Shown: piece by piece, positions 1 to 9,563 of the stretch
Numbering within the stretch: position 1 is the stretch's first letter
Layout of the letters: the number at the start of each line of letters is the position of its first letter
Assembly (NCBI GenBank): GCA_027020785.1
Contig: JALUVI010000009.1
Coordinates: 3,469-67,468, forward strand
DNA from: Planctomycetota bacterium
GTDB lineage: Bacteria; Planctomycetota; UBA1135
Length of the DNA: 64,000 nucleotides
Direction of reading: 5' to 3'
The notes under the pieces: generated by a model
What the model was told of the DNA's origin: nothing
What the model saw: only the letters and a program-made list of their open reading frames with translations
The model's database searches: none
Program-made: the position numbers and the translations under genes

Positions 1-1452
1 ATCACCCAGTCCATCGGCGCCTACGTCGCCGACCTCGGCGACGGCCGCAGCGTGACCGTGATCGACACGCCCGGCCACCAGGCCTTCACCGCCATGCGCG
101 CCCGCGGCGCGCGGGTCACCGACGTCGCAGTGCTGGTGGTCGCAGCCGACGACGGGGTCAAACCCCAGACCGAGGAAGCGGCGAGCCACGCCAAGGAGGC
201 CGGCGTGCCGATCGTGGTCGCGCTCAACAAGATCGACTCGCCAGCGGCCAACCCCGAGCAGGTCAAGTCCCAACTCTCCGGCATCGGCCTGCAGCCCGAA
301 GACTGGGGCGGCAACGTCGGTGTGATCCCGGTCAGCGCCCTGCGCAAACAAGGCATCGACGAACTGCTGGAGCGCATCCTGATCGAGGCCGAACTGCTCG
401 ACCTCAAGGCCCACCCCAAGGGCGACGCACTCGGCACCGTACTCGAGGCCGCAGTCGAGAAGGGCAAGGGCAAGGTGGCGACCGTGCTGGTCCAGGACGG
501 TACCCTCCGCCCGCGTGAAGTCGTCCTCGCCGGCACCACCTACGGCAAGGTGCGGCTGATGTTCGACCACACCGGCAAACCCGCCAAGGAGGCGCCTCCG
601 AGCACGCCGGTGCAGATCCTCGGCCTCGAAGACCTGCCCCCCATCGGAGAGCGCTTCTACGTGGTCAAGGACCTGAAGCTGGCCAAGGAGGTCGCCGAGA
701 AGCGCAAGGAACACCAGGTCGAGATCGAGCGCGCCGAGAAGGCGGCGCAGGTCGACGCCCACAACCTGTTCGAGAAGCTGGACGAATCGCTGGCCGAGCG
801 CGTGCGTTACGTCGTCAAGGCCGACGTCGTCGGTACGGTCGAGGTGTTGCGTGAATCGCTGAAGGGGCTGTCGTCCGACGAGGTCATCGTGGACGTGGTC
901 CACTCTGGTGTCGGGGTCGTCACCGAGAGCGACGTCCAGCTCGCCGAGGCTTCGCAGGCCGTGGTCCTCGCCTTCAACGTCGCCCCCGAGGGCAAGGCGC
1001 GGAAGGAAGCTGAGCGGGTGGGTGTCGAGATTCGGCGCTACGATGTCATCTACGACCTGCTCGAAGAGGTCCAGCGCGACATCGAGGGACGACTCGCCCC
1101 CGAGGTCGAGGAGCACGTCATCGGCCACGCCGAGGTGCTCGAGATCTTCCGTTCGGCGCGCTGGGGCGTCATCGCCGGTTGCCGCGTCGAGGACGGGGTG
1201 ATCAAGCGTTCCGCCAAGGCCCGGATCCTCCGTGAGGGACAGCCCATCCACGAGGCGCCGATCGAGTCGCTGCGACGCTTCAAGGACGACGTCCGCGAAG
1301 TGACGGCGCCCGACGAATGCGGCCTCAAGGTCGAAGGCTTCGAGGACTACCAGGTCGGCGACGTCGTCGAGGCCGTCGAGATCGTCGAGGTCGAGCGCAA
1401 GCTGGAGGAGGTCCTCGAGGAGGCCCAGGAAGGCGCCGGCGAGAACCGCTGA
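1..1452 (+). CDS. infB: Translation initiation factor IF-2, C-terminal part (5' end lies outside the window)
   Basis: The frame is open from nt 1. It carries the GTPase motifs 'DTPGHQAF' and 'NKID' followed by IF-2 C-terminal domains. rbfA lies immediately downstream. Confidence 0.95.
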   Translation: MTQSIGAYVADLGDGRSVTVIDTPGHQAFTAMRARGARVTDVAVLVVAADDGVKPQTEEAASHAKEAGVPIVVALNKIDSPAANPEQVKSQLSGIGLQPEDWGGNVGVIPVSALRKQGIDELLERILIEAELLDLKAHPKGDALGTVLEAAVEKGKGKVATVLVQDGTLRPREVVLAGTTYGKVRLMFDHTGKPAKEAPPSTPVQILGLEDLPPIGERFYVVKDLKLAKEVAEKRKEHQVEIERAEKAAQVDAHNLFEKLDESLAERVRYVVKADVVGTVEVLRESLKGLSSDEVIVDVVHSGVGVVTESDVQLAEASQAVVLAFNVAPEGKARKEAERVGVEIRRYDVIYDLLEEVQRDIEGRLAPEVEEHVIGHAEVLEIFRSARWGVIAGCRVEDGVIKRSAKARILREGQPIHEAPIESLRRFKDDVREVTAPDECGLKVEGFEDYQVGDVVEAVEIVEVERKLEEVLEEAQEGAGENR

Positions 1453-1874
1453 TGGCCTCTCCGAAGCGACAGCACCAGGTCGAGAAGCAAATCCTCCGGC
1501 GGCTGGCCCTGGCGCTGCAGCGCGACCTCAAGGACCCGCGGGCCGGGTTCGTGACCATCACTCGGGTCGAGATCACTGCGGACCTGACCCACGCCAAGGT
1601 GTATTGGTCCGTGCTCGACCCGCGCGAACGATCCCGGATGGAGCACGTGTTCCGTTCGGCCCACGGCTTCTTGCGCACCTTGGTCGCACGCGACCTGCAA
1701 CTGCGGAACGCACCACAGCTGTCCTTCCACTTCGACGAGAGCCTGGCCTTCGACGAGCGCCTGGAGGAGATCCTGCGGCGCGAGCGTGAGCGCAGCGCTG
1801 CAGCCACCACGGCCTCCGAAGGGCCTGTCGACGGCGAGAGCGGGCCGCGCCCCGATGACGACGCCGAAGCCTGA
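1452..1874 (+). CDS. rbfA: Ribosome-binding factor A
   Basis: The ATG at 1452 overlaps the infB TGA (TGATG). 'RVEITADLTHAKVYWSVL' and 'APQLSFHFDES' are typical of RbfA. It occupies the canonical position after infB. Confidence 0.9.
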   Translation: MASPKRQHQVEKQILRRLALALQRDLKDPRAGFVTITRVEITADLTHAKVYWSVLDPRERSRMEHVFRSAHGFLRTLVARDLQLRNAPQLSFHFDESLAFDERLEEILRRERERSAAATTASEGPVDGESGPRPDDDAEA

Positions 1875-2652
1875 CCACGCTCCGCGGCGGCTCCGCCGAG
1901 CCGAAGCGGCGCTGTCCCGCCGCACGGAACGGGTGACGGTGATCCTGGAACGCTGCAGCAAGGAGCACAACCTGCTCGCCGTGCTCCGCACCGCAGAAGC
2001 CTTCGGCATCCAGGACGTGTGGCTGGTCGGCCAGGGTTCGGCGACGCCGAAACCGCATCGGCTGAATCGCGGCGCCGAGTTCTGGCTGACCGTGCGCGCC
2101 CTCCCCGACACCGAGTCGTGTCTGGCGGCGTTACGGGACGAGGGACGCACCCTCTGGGTGGCCGACACCGGCCCCGACGCCGAGGCCCTCGACACGCCGG
2201 CCGCCATCGGTGCGGTTCCGGACCGGCTCGCCCTGGCGCTGGGCCGCGAGGCCGACGGGGCCAGCGAGGCGATGCTCGCAGCTGCAGACCGACGCATCTA
2301 CCTGCCGCTCCACGGTTTCACCGAAAGCCTGAACGTGTCGGTCGCTGCCGCGCTGCTCCTGCAGCGCATCCTCGATGCCTGCCCCGAAGCGCGGGGAGAC
2401 CTGTCCCCGGAGCGACGCGAAGCCCTCCGCCGCGAATGGTATCGGCGACTGGCCGGGAGCAAACGACCGGACCGCTTCGACGCCTGGCTCGAAGCGCCGC
2501 CGGAGCCGCTGGAGGACCTGCGCCAGCCGCCCGAGCTGCGACGTCCCCGGGTGCGCAAACGCGCGGCGCGCAGCCTGGGGATGAAGAACCTCGGCCCCAG
2601 CCCCGAGCACGGCGGCGACGACGAAGACGCAATGCGGCAGGCGGGCCGCTGA
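1855..2652 (+). CDS. SpoU/TrmH-family RNA 2'-O-methyltransferase with a C-terminal extension
   Basis: 'NLLAVLRTAEAFGIQDVWLVG', 'LALGREADGAS' and 'YLPLHGFTESLNVSVAAALLL' match the SPOUT motifs. The start is uncertain; I chose the ATG at 1855 ('MTTPK') rather than 1786. Confidence 0.75.
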   Translation: MTTPKPDHAPRRLRRAEAALSRRTERVTVILERCSKEHNLLAVLRTAEAFGIQDVWLVGQGSATPKPHRLNRGAEFWLTVRALPDTESCLAALRDEGRTLWVADTGPDAEALDTPAAIGAVPDRLALALGREADGASEAMLAAADRRIYLPLHGFTESLNVSVAAALLLQRILDACPEARGDLSPERREALRREWYRRLAGSKRPDRFDAWLEAPPEPLEDLRQPPELRRPRVRKRAARSLGMKNLGPSPEHGGDDEDAMRQAGR

Positions 2653-2664
2653 CGCGGCCCGAGA

Positions 2665-4104
2665 TCAGCCGACCCGGTGCCAGTGGACGCCGTCGGCGGT
2701 GTCCTCGACGACCACGCCCTGCTCCTGGAGACGCTCCCGAATGGCGTCGGCCCGCGCGAAGTCGCGGGCGCGACGAGCCTCCTCGCGCTCCGCGACCAGA
2801 CGATCCACTTCTTCGTCGGAAAGCCCCTCCGAGACGGCCGGCGGGAGGAAGCCGAAGACCGCATCGGCCTCGTCCTCGAGGAAGCGCCAGGCGGCGGCCG
2901 CGACGGGTGGCTCCCAGCCGCCTTCCAGGAAGCGGTGGCGCAGGTCGAAGAGGGCGGCCACCGCCGGGGACGCGTTGAGATCGTCGGCGAGCGCACCCCA
3001 GAAGGCTTCACGAACCTCCCGTACCACCGACGCCTCGGGGGCATCCGAGGCCGCAGGCTCCGCCCCCTCGGCGGCAGCGGCGAGGCGACCGCGCAGGTCC
3101 ACGAGCTGGCGCCGAGCCTCGGCGGCTCCGGCCAGTGCCTCCCAGGTGAAGTTGAGCGGTCCCCGGTAGTGGGTGCGCAAGACGAAGAAGCGATAGTCGA
3201 GCGCGGAGAAGCCGCGCTCGGTCAGGTCGTCCAGGGTCCAGACGTTGCCAAGGGACTTCGACATCTTGCCGCCGTCCACCTTGAGGAACTGCGTGTGGAG
3301 CCAATAGTCCACCCAAGGCGCACCGAACAGCGACTCGCTCTGCGCGATCTCGCACTCGTGGTGAGGGAAGACGTTGTCCTCGCCGCCGGTATGGATGTCG
3401 AAGTGTTCGCCCAGGTACTTGGTGGCCATCGCAGAGCACTCGATGTGCCAACCCGGGAAGCCGTGGGGGCCGAACTCGCTCTCCCACTTCATCAAGTGCT
3501 TCGGGTCGGACTTCCACAGCGCGAAATCGGCGGGATGGCGCTTCTCGGGATTCGGCTCGAGGCGGGCCCCCGCCACGAGGTCGGCGACGCGGTTGCCCGA
3601 CAGCTTGCCGTAGTCGGGAAAGCTCTCGACCGAGAAGTAGACGTTCTCCCCCACCCGATAGGCGTGACCCGAGGCAATGAGCCCACGAATCATCTCGAGC
3701 ATCTCGGCGATGTGCTCGGTGGCCCTGGGATAGTGGTGGGCCGGCCGCACACCGAGCGCCTCGAGGTCGGCGAAGAACTGTTCGCTGACCCGCTCGACCA
3801 GCTGCCAGGGGTCCACCCGTTCCTTGCGGGCCTGGGCCTCCAACTTGTCCTCGCCCTCCTCGGAGTCGGCAAGGAGATGGCCGACGTCGGTCAGGTTCAT
3901 GACCTGGACGACCTCGTAGCCGCGCGTCTCGAAGACGCGACGCAACAGGTCGGCGAACAAGAAGGCGCGATAGTTCCCGATGTGCGGTCGCTGGTAGACC
4001 GTCGGCCCGCAGTGGTACATCCGTACCCTGCCCGGCTCGAGCGGCCGAAACGGCCGCTTCTCCCGGGTCAGCGTGTCGTAGAGGGTGAGGTCCAGCGGCT
4101 CCAC
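2665..4104 (-). CDS. cysS: Cysteinyl-tRNA synthetase
   Basis: 'CGPTVYQRPHIGN' is the HIGH region and 'KMSKSLGN' the KMSKS motif. The length of 479 aa fits. Confidence 0.95.
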   Translation of the reverse strand: MEPLDLTLYDTLTREKRPFRPLEPGRVRMYHCGPTVYQRPHIGNYRAFLFADLLRRVFETRGYEVVQVMNLTDVGHLLADSEEGEDKLEAQARKERVDPWQLVERVSEQFFADLEALGVRPAHHYPRATEHIAEMLEMIRGLIASGHAYRVGENVYFSVESFPDYGKLSGNRVADLVAGARLEPNPEKRHPADFALWKSDPKHLMKWESEFGPHGFPGWHIECSAMATKYLGEHFDIHTGGEDNVFPHHECEIAQSESLFGAPWVDYWLHTQFLKVDGGKMSKSLGNVWTLDDLTERGFSALDYRFFVLRTHYRGPLNFTWEALAGAAEARRQLVDLRGRLAAAAEGAEPAASDAPEASVVREVREAFWGALADDLNASPAVAALFDLRHRFLEGGWEPPVAAAAWRFLEDEADAVFGFLPPAVSEGLSDEEVDRLVAEREEARRARDFARADAIRERLQEQGVVVEDTADGVHWHRVG

Positions 4105-4142
4105 GCCGGGATTCTAGCCCGGCTCAGGCCCCATTCCGGGGA

Positions 4143-5969
4143 TCAGCGTTCCCAGATCTCGAGCCGCACTTCGACCGGCCGCGGCGAACGGTTCAGGACC
4201 AGGATCTCCCACTTTCCAGCAGCACCAGAATCGGCTTCCACCACCGGGAACGGGTCGGGGAGGGTGTCGCTGTCCACCAGGGTGCCATCGGGAGCGAAGA
4301 GCTGGAGGTCGAGGTCGGCCTGCGCCCTCTCGTCGGCGGGATGGGCGAACGCCACGAAGGGGAAGTCTTCCCGGGCCATTACCACGATGAAGCGCCGGCC
4401 TTCCAGTCCAGCCATCGAAAAGGTCTCGCTCACGCTCGGATTCAAGCCGATGGCCGCCAGCCCGTCCCGCCATGCCCCAGCGGCGCCCCCCAGCGCACCG
4501 CTCGCATCCTGAACTTCCAGGCCCAGTTCGGGAAGTGCGCTGGCGACGATGGCTGCGACGTCGGAGGGGATGGCGGCCCAAGCGCTCCGGGCGCGCACGA
4601 TCTCTGCGGAGAAGCGACGCCGACTGGCTCGAGGCAGACCTGCGGTGTCGAGATCGTCCTCGTCCAGGCCGAGCGCGAGGAGGTAGGACGTGGCGGCCCC
4701 GAACACGATGGCAACGTCCTGGACGACTCGATCGCGTCTGGCCGAGGGGAGCTCTTCTGGAGACATGGAAAGGAACTCGTGCAGCCGCTCGGCGGCCGGC
4801 CCGAGCTCGTCGGTGCCCTTCCGCACGTCCTCGGCCACTTGGTCCAGGAGCAGTTCCATGGTGGTCCGACCAGAGTCGAGCCCGGACGATGCGAGGGACC
4901 TGGCGAAGTCATCGGCCAGTGCTCCGGCCAGACGGTCCGATGCCTCCGAAAGACCTTCCACCACTCCTGGCGGCAGTTCGATGCCATCCCAAGCGAGCAG
5001 GGCCGAACGCGTGAGCACCAGGGCCAGGAGCCGGTTGCGGAATTCCATCCAAGCAAGGGCGTCGCCCGAGCTCTCACAGCGAGCTACCTCTTCGACCGCC
5101 TGCAGTAGCTTCGTCCCGCCCCTGAAGAACTCCTCATGGCTCCACGCAAGGGCGTCGAGCTCCTCGAAGGCCCGGCCGGCGACCCGGAAGGCCTCCTGCC
5201 CGCCCCCTGCACCACGAATGCGCCCCAGCCAGGAGGAGAGGTCGAAGTGAGCGGGGAGGCCCTCGATCCCCATTCCGTTCGGGAAACAAGACATCACGTC
5301 ACGTGCCGGCAGGAGATAGCCCCATGCGAAGCCGAGCTCTTCTGGCACGTCGTAGAGGGCGGTGGCCACTCCGAGCAAGCCCCCCTCTGCATCGGTGATG
5401 GGGCCTCCGGACGAGCCGGGAGCGAGAGCGACGTCGGTCAGGTAATAGAAAGCACCGTCCGCGACATCGCGGTAGTGACTCGCAATGACGCCCGACGAGA
5501 CCGATGGGGCGCCCGTGCTGGGGAACCCGAAGGCCCAGACCTCGGTCCCCCGCGGCATCAGCCGCTCACGAGCCTGGGGAGCGATCTGAAGGGGGAGGGC
5601 ACCCGCCGGTACGGTTCCAACCTCGAGCACGGCGAGGTCGCGCCAGGGGTGGAGGTAGCGGATCACGGCTGCGACTGGTACGCCCAGCGTGATGAAGCCC
5701 TCGGAATCTTCGACGACGGGACGCACCTGGACCTCGTCGCCGATGGTGAGGGGCTCGATCACGTGACGGTTGGTGACGAGTGAGTGCCGATCGCCGAACA
5801 AGAATCCGGACCCCCAACCATGCTCGGTTCGGACCAGGAACAGGGCACGGTCGACTCGGCGGGTGGTCTGGACCGCATCTTGCGCCAGTGCAGCCGAAGT
5901 GAGGAGGAGGGAGGCCGCCAGAGGAAGGAGAGGGCATCGAAAGGAGAAACGAATCACAGCAAGGGCCAT
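4143..5969 (-). CDS. Secreted trypsin-like (S1/chymotrypsin-fold) serine protease with a long C-terminal region
   Basis: The real start is the ATG at 5969 ('MALAVIRF...', signal peptide). 'GSGFLFGDRHSLVTNRHV' is the His region and 'APGSSGGPI' the catalytic Ser. About 350 aa of unassigned sequence follow. The tail ('LQLFAPDGTLVDSD...KWEILVLN') may be a PPC-like beta domain. The upstream 350 codons of listed ORF 4143..7019 are read-through. Confidence 0.7.
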   Translation of the reverse strand: MALAVIRFSFRCPLLPLAASLLLTSAALAQDAVQTTRRVDRALFLVRTEHGWGSGFLFGDRHSLVTNRHVIEPLTIGDEVQVRPVVEDSEGFITLGVPVAAVIRYLHPWRDLAVLEVGTVPAGALPLQIAPQARERLMPRGTEVWAFGFPSTGAPSVSSGVIASHYRDVADGAFYYLTDVALAPGSSGGPITDAEGGLLGVATALYDVPEELGFAWGYLLPARDVMSCFPNGMGIEGLPAHFDLSSWLGRIRGAGGGQEAFRVAGRAFEELDALAWSHEEFFRGGTKLLQAVEEVARCESSGDALAWMEFRNRLLALVLTRSALLAWDGIELPPGVVEGLSEASDRLAGALADDFARSLASSGLDSGRTTMELLLDQVAEDVRKGTDELGPAAERLHEFLSMSPEELPSARRDRVVQDVAIVFGAATSYLLALGLDEDDLDTAGLPRASRRRFSAEIVRARSAWAAIPSDVAAIVASALPELGLEVQDASGALGGAAGAWRDGLAAIGLNPSVSETFSMAGLEGRRFIVVMAREDFPFVAFAHPADERAQADLDLQLFAPDGTLVDSDTLPDPFPVVEADSGAAGKWEILVLNRSPRPVEVRLEIWER

Positions 5970-5992
5970 TGGAGCCGCTATCCCACGAAGCG

Positions 5993-6718
5993 TCAAGTCC
6001 GTGACGCAGCACCATCGCAGAGGCCGCGGAATGGGGCGGGGACGGCGCCCAGGTGCTTGACGAAGTAGCGCAGGAAGCGGGCGATACGGCGCCGACGGAC
6101 CCGGGGAGGGAGAGGGCCCCGGCGCAGGCGGGCGCCCGCCAGGTCCACCAGCCAGCAGCGGGAGGCTGCGGGCTCCCACAGGAGGTTGTCGGGGTGGAGG
6201 TCGGGGGCGTCCAGACCGAGGTCGAGGACGGCGGTGAGGAGGCAGCGCGCCGCGGCGGCGACCTCGGGGTCGTCGCCGAGCTCGAACACGGTGCGCGCCC
6301 CGGGCACCCTCCAGGTGACGAGGTCCTGGCGCCACCATCCGCGTACGCGGCGGGCGACGGCGGCGAGCACCGGCGGGGTGGCGATGCCATGCCCACGGAG
6401 CGCGGCGCTGGTGGCGACCTCGCGGGCGAGCCGCGCAGGGGTCGCATAGCGGTCGCCGAGGGCGGGCCCGAACAGTCCGCCGTGGCGGTCGCGACGCCAC
6501 ACGCCCTCGGCGCCGTCGGGCAGGACGACGAGACGGGCCTCGCCGCGGCCTCCGCCGACCACGCCGCGCCCGCCCCGTTCCCAAGCGGCAGCGAGGCCGT
6601 CCGGGGCGGCCAGGGCTTCGACCGACGGGACGAGACCGGGGGCCGCCCAGACCCGCAGGCCGGGACGCACGAGGACGGGCGCCGGCGCAGCGCCCCGGGC
6701 CGGCTCCAGGCTCGGCAT
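5993..6718 (-). CDS. Kdo/WaaP-family lipopolysaccharide kinase-like protein
   Basis: The start is the ATG at 6718 ('MPSLEPARG'). 'APDLHPDNLLW' and 'WLVDLAGA' resemble the Kdo kinase catalytic and DFG-like motifs. A heptosyltransferase gene is adjacent. Confidence 0.6.
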   Translation of the reverse strand: MPSLEPARGAAPAPVLVRPGLRVWAAPGLVPSVEALAAPDGLAAAWERGGRGVVGGGRGEARLVVLPDGAEGVWRRDRHGGLFGPALGDRYATPARLAREVATSAALRGHGIATPPVLAAVARRVRGWWRQDLVTWRVPGARTVFELGDDPEVAAAARCLLTAVLDLGLDAPDLHPDNLLWEPAASRCWLVDLAGARLRRGPLPPRVRRRRIARFLRYFVKHLGAVPAPFRGLCDGAASRT

Positions 6719-6743
6719 GGGGTGGATGGTATCCTGGCCGCCC

Positions 6744-7805
6744 ATGGAGGGCCCCGACGAGCGTTCCGGCCGCACGGGCGCGGGCCTTCCCGAACGCCCC
6801 CGCATCCTGATGGTGCGGTTGAGCGCCCTCGGCGACCTGGTCTTCGCCCTGCCGGTGCTCCACGCCCTCCACCAGGCCCTGCCCGGCTGCCGGGTGGACT
6901 GGCTCGCCGAGGACCGCTGCGCCGACCTGCCCCGCAGCCATCCGCTGGTCGCCGAGACCCTGGTGTTCCCGCGCCGACGCTGGCGGCGCGGGCTCGGCGC
7001 CGTGCCGATCGCGCGCCACCTCGTCGGGCTGCGTCGTCGCGAGCCGTGGGACCTCGTCCTCGACCTACAGTCGAACCTCAAGAGCGCGCTCCACCTTCGC
7101 TTCCTGCGGGCGCGACGCACCCTCGGCTTCGGACCGCCGATCGGCCGCGAGGGGGCGTGGCGTTTCGTGGACCACGCCGTCACCGTCGACGAACCGCGAC
7201 TCCATCGCTCCGAGCGCGACCTGGAGCTGGTGCGGGCCGCCGGGATCACCGCCGGGCCCGCCCGGACCGCGGCCTGGCCGCTGCCGCCCGGGGTCGAGGT
7301 CCCCGACGAGGTCGCCGACTCGGTGCTGCTCCACGTCACCACCACCGCCTACGGGCGCGACAAGGAGTGGCCGCCGGGGCGCTGGGCCGAACTGGCGCGC
7401 CGACTCGCCGACCGCGGGCTCGCGCCGCGCGCCCTGTGGACACCAGCCGACCGCGACCGTGTCGCCGCCGTGGTGGAGGACGCCGGCGGCGCCCTCGGAT
7501 GGGCCCCCCCGACGCCCACCCTCGCCCACCTCATGGCGACCTGCGACCGGGCGCGGGCCCTGATCGGTACCGACAGCGGTCCGGTCCACCTCGCCGCCCA
7601 CCGCGGCACCCCGGTGGTCGCGCTGTTCGGCCCCACCGACGCCAGGATCTACGCACCGCTCGGCCCGCGGGTGCGCATCGTCCATTCCGAACCGCTCGAG
7701 ACCCCACCTCCGCCGCGCGACCGCAGCCGACGCTCGCCGCTGATGGAACGGATCGGCGTGGACGAGGTCCTCGCCGCGTTAGCGGACCTCGAGGTGGAAG
7801 GGTAG
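6744..7805 (+). CDS. Glycosyltransferase family 9 (LPS heptosyltransferase-like)
   Basis: 'RILMVRLSALGDLVFALPVLHAL' is the N-terminal motif and 'GTDSGPVHLAAHRGTPVVALFGPT' the C-terminal motif. The start is ambiguous (6717, 6744 or 6810). The ATG at 6717 would share a CATG with the start of the divergent kinase. Confidence 0.75.
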   Translation: MEGPDERSGRTGAGLPERPRILMVRLSALGDLVFALPVLHALHQALPGCRVDWLAEDRCADLPRSHPLVAETLVFPRRRWRRGLGAVPIARHLVGLRRREPWDLVLDLQSNLKSALHLRFLRARRTLGFGPPIGREGAWRFVDHAVTVDEPRLHRSERDLELVRAAGITAGPARTAAWPLPPGVEVPDEVADSVLLHVTTTAYGRDKEWPPGRWAELARRLADRGLAPRALWTPADRDRVAAVVEDAGGALGWAPPTPTLAHLMATCDRARALIGTDSGPVHLAAHRGTPVVALFGPTDARIYAPLGPRVRIVHSEPLETPPPPRDRSRRSPLMERIGVDEVLAALADLEVEG

Positions 7806-9563
7806 GCGCGCCAGGACCGGAGGCCGCGGCGCGCTTCGGGAGGCGGCCCCGACCCCGTCGAGGACGGCGCGACAGGCGGCGCGCAGCGAGGGCGGCAGCG
7901 CAGCCACCGGCTGCGGCGGGCCGCCGAGCCAGGACCACACGGCGAGCTCCCAGGGTTCGGGAGCGGCTTCGAGGCCCTCCACCCGATAGTGGTCGCCCTC
8001 AGCGCCGGCGAGCTCGGCCGCAGCGGCGATCGCCTCGTCGAGGCCGCCGAGTCGGTCCACCAGGCCGAGCTCCACGGCATCGACGCCGGACCAGATGCGC
8101 CCGCCGCCGATCTCGGCGACCCGCTCACGGGCCAGCCCCCGCCCCTCCGACACGTGGTCCAGGAACAGCTCGTAGATGGCGTCCACGAAACCCTGCACCT
8201 GCGCCAGCTCCTCGTCGCTCCGTGAACGATAGGGCGACAACAGATCGGCGTGCGGACCGGTGGTCACCCCGTCCACGTGGATGCCGATCTCGTCGAGGAG
8301 GGGCGACACGTCCGGTAGGAGACCGAAGACGCCGATGCTGCCGGTCAGGGTCGTCGGCTCGGCCAGGACGAGACGCGCCCGGCACGCGATCCAGTAGCCT
8401 CCGCTCGCGGCCAACGACCCCATCGAGACCACCACCGGCTTGGCCTGGTCGAGTTCGACCAAGGCGCGCAGGATCACCTCACTGGCGGCGGCGCTGCCGC
8501 CGGGGCTGTCCACCCGTAGGACCACCGCATCCACGTCGTCGTCGTGGAGCAGGGCACGGAGCCGGCGCGCCAGCGTCTCGCCCCCGACCTGGTCCTCGGA
8601 CTCACCATCCACGATCTCACCCTCGGCGTAGACCACGGCGACCAGCGGCCCGCCTCCTTCGTGGCGTGCGAGCGGCGGTTCCCACCCGCTGCGGTCGTAC
8701 CAATCGAGGAAGGAGACCTGGCGGAAGGAATCGAGGTCGTCGTCCCAACCGGTGAAGGAGGCGAGGTCGCCGATGAGATCGCCGCGGGCGGCGATCCGAT
8801 CCACCCATCCTCCGGCGACCGCGTCCTCGGCGGTGAGGAAGCCGTCGCCGAGTCGGAGGGCGGCGAAGTCGCCGGGCTCGAGGTCCTTCCGCCCCTCGGC
8901 GACGCGTTCCTCGACCTCGGCCTGCAGGTCGTCGAGGTAGGCGGCGAGCTGCTCACGCGCCTCGGGGCTCATGTCATCGCGCAGGAAGGGTTCGACGGCG
9001 GACTTGTAGCGCCCCACCTTGACCACCTGGACCCGCACGCCGAGTCGATCGAGCAGATCGGCGAAGTAGAATCGCTTGGCCGAGAAGCCGTTCCACTCGA
9101 ACCAGCCGAGCGGGCCGATGGCGATCTCGTCGGCGACGCTTCCGAGCAGATAGCTCGCTTCGTCCCAGGAATCGGCTTGCGCCCAGACGTGCTTGCCGCG
9201 GTCGCGGAAGCGCTCCAACGCGTCGCGCAACTCGAATCGCTGCGCCCAACCGGACACGCGGGGACCACCGTCCACCAGCAGCAGACCGACGAAGGCATCG
9301 CGCTCGGCTGCGGCGTCGAGCGCGGCCACGACCTTGCGCAGGGCCAGCACGCGGGGCGCTCCCTCGAGCGCCATCGCAGCGGTGGACGGCTGGTCACCGG
9401 CGTCCCCGACGAGGAGGTCCGGCCCGAGGACCAGGATGGCCCGCTCGGGCAGGGTCAGGAGCGGCGGGCCGCCGAGGCCGGCGAGGGTCACCTGGTAGAG
9501 GATCCAGAAACCGAAGACCAGGGCGAGCAGGGACGCCAGGACCTCGCGGACGAAGTTCTTCAT
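7779..9563 (-). CDS. sppA: Signal peptide peptidase SppA, 67K type (protease IV)
   Basis: It has an N-terminal TM segment and two ClpP/crotonase-like halves. 'DSPGGSAAASE' and 'SMGSLAASGGYWIA' match SppA motifs. Confidence 0.85.
   Translation of the reverse strand: MKNFVREVLASLLALVFGFWILYQVTLAGLGGPPLLTLPERAILVLGPDLLVGDAGDQPSTAAMALEGAPRVLALRKVVAALDAAAERDAFVGLLLVDGGPRVSGWAQRFELRDALERFRDRGKHVWAQADSWDEASYLLGSVADEIAIGPLGWFEWNGFSAKRFYFADLLDRLGVRVQVVKVGRYKSAVEPFLRDDMSPEAREQLAAYLDDLQAEVEERVAEGRKDLEPGDFAALRLGDGFLTAEDAVAGGWVDRIAARGDLIGDLASFTGWDDDLDSFRQVSFLDWYDRSGWEPPLARHEGGGPLVAVVYAEGEIVDGESEDQVGGETLARRLRALLHDDDVDAVVLRVDSPGGSAAASEVILRALVELDQAKPVVVSMGSLAASGGYWIACRARLVLAEPTTLTGSIGVFGLLPDVSPLLDEIGIHVDGVTTGPHADLLSPYRSRSDEELAQVQGFVDAIYELFLDHVSEGRGLARERVAEIGGGRIWSGVDAVELGLVDRLGGLDEAIAAAAELAGAEGDHYRVEGLEAAPEPWELAVWSWLGGPPQPVAALPPSLRAACRAVLDGVGAASRSAPRPPVLARLPFHLEVR

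Noticed and set aside
6716-6719. A CATG in which the kinase-like gene (minus strand) and the longest heptosyltransferase ORF (plus strand) would share overlapping start codons.
   Set aside because: The heptosyltransferase family N terminus ('RILMVRLSALGD') begins about 30 codons further in, and in-frame ATGs exist at 6744 and 6810. The overlap is probably an artefact of taking the longest ORF.
4143-7019. Long N-terminal extensions on listed ORFs: 4143..7019, 5993..7345, 9560..12172, 22401..24461, 30096..31208, 40153..42564, 47031..48722, 26667..28208, 27896..30046 and 48923..51529.
   Set aside because: The upstream portions are Arg/Pro-rich read-through that overlaps neighbouring real genes. 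Recognisable signal peptides or family N termini begin at internal start codons, which I located in the nucleotide sequence. Only the 3' portions are called as genes.
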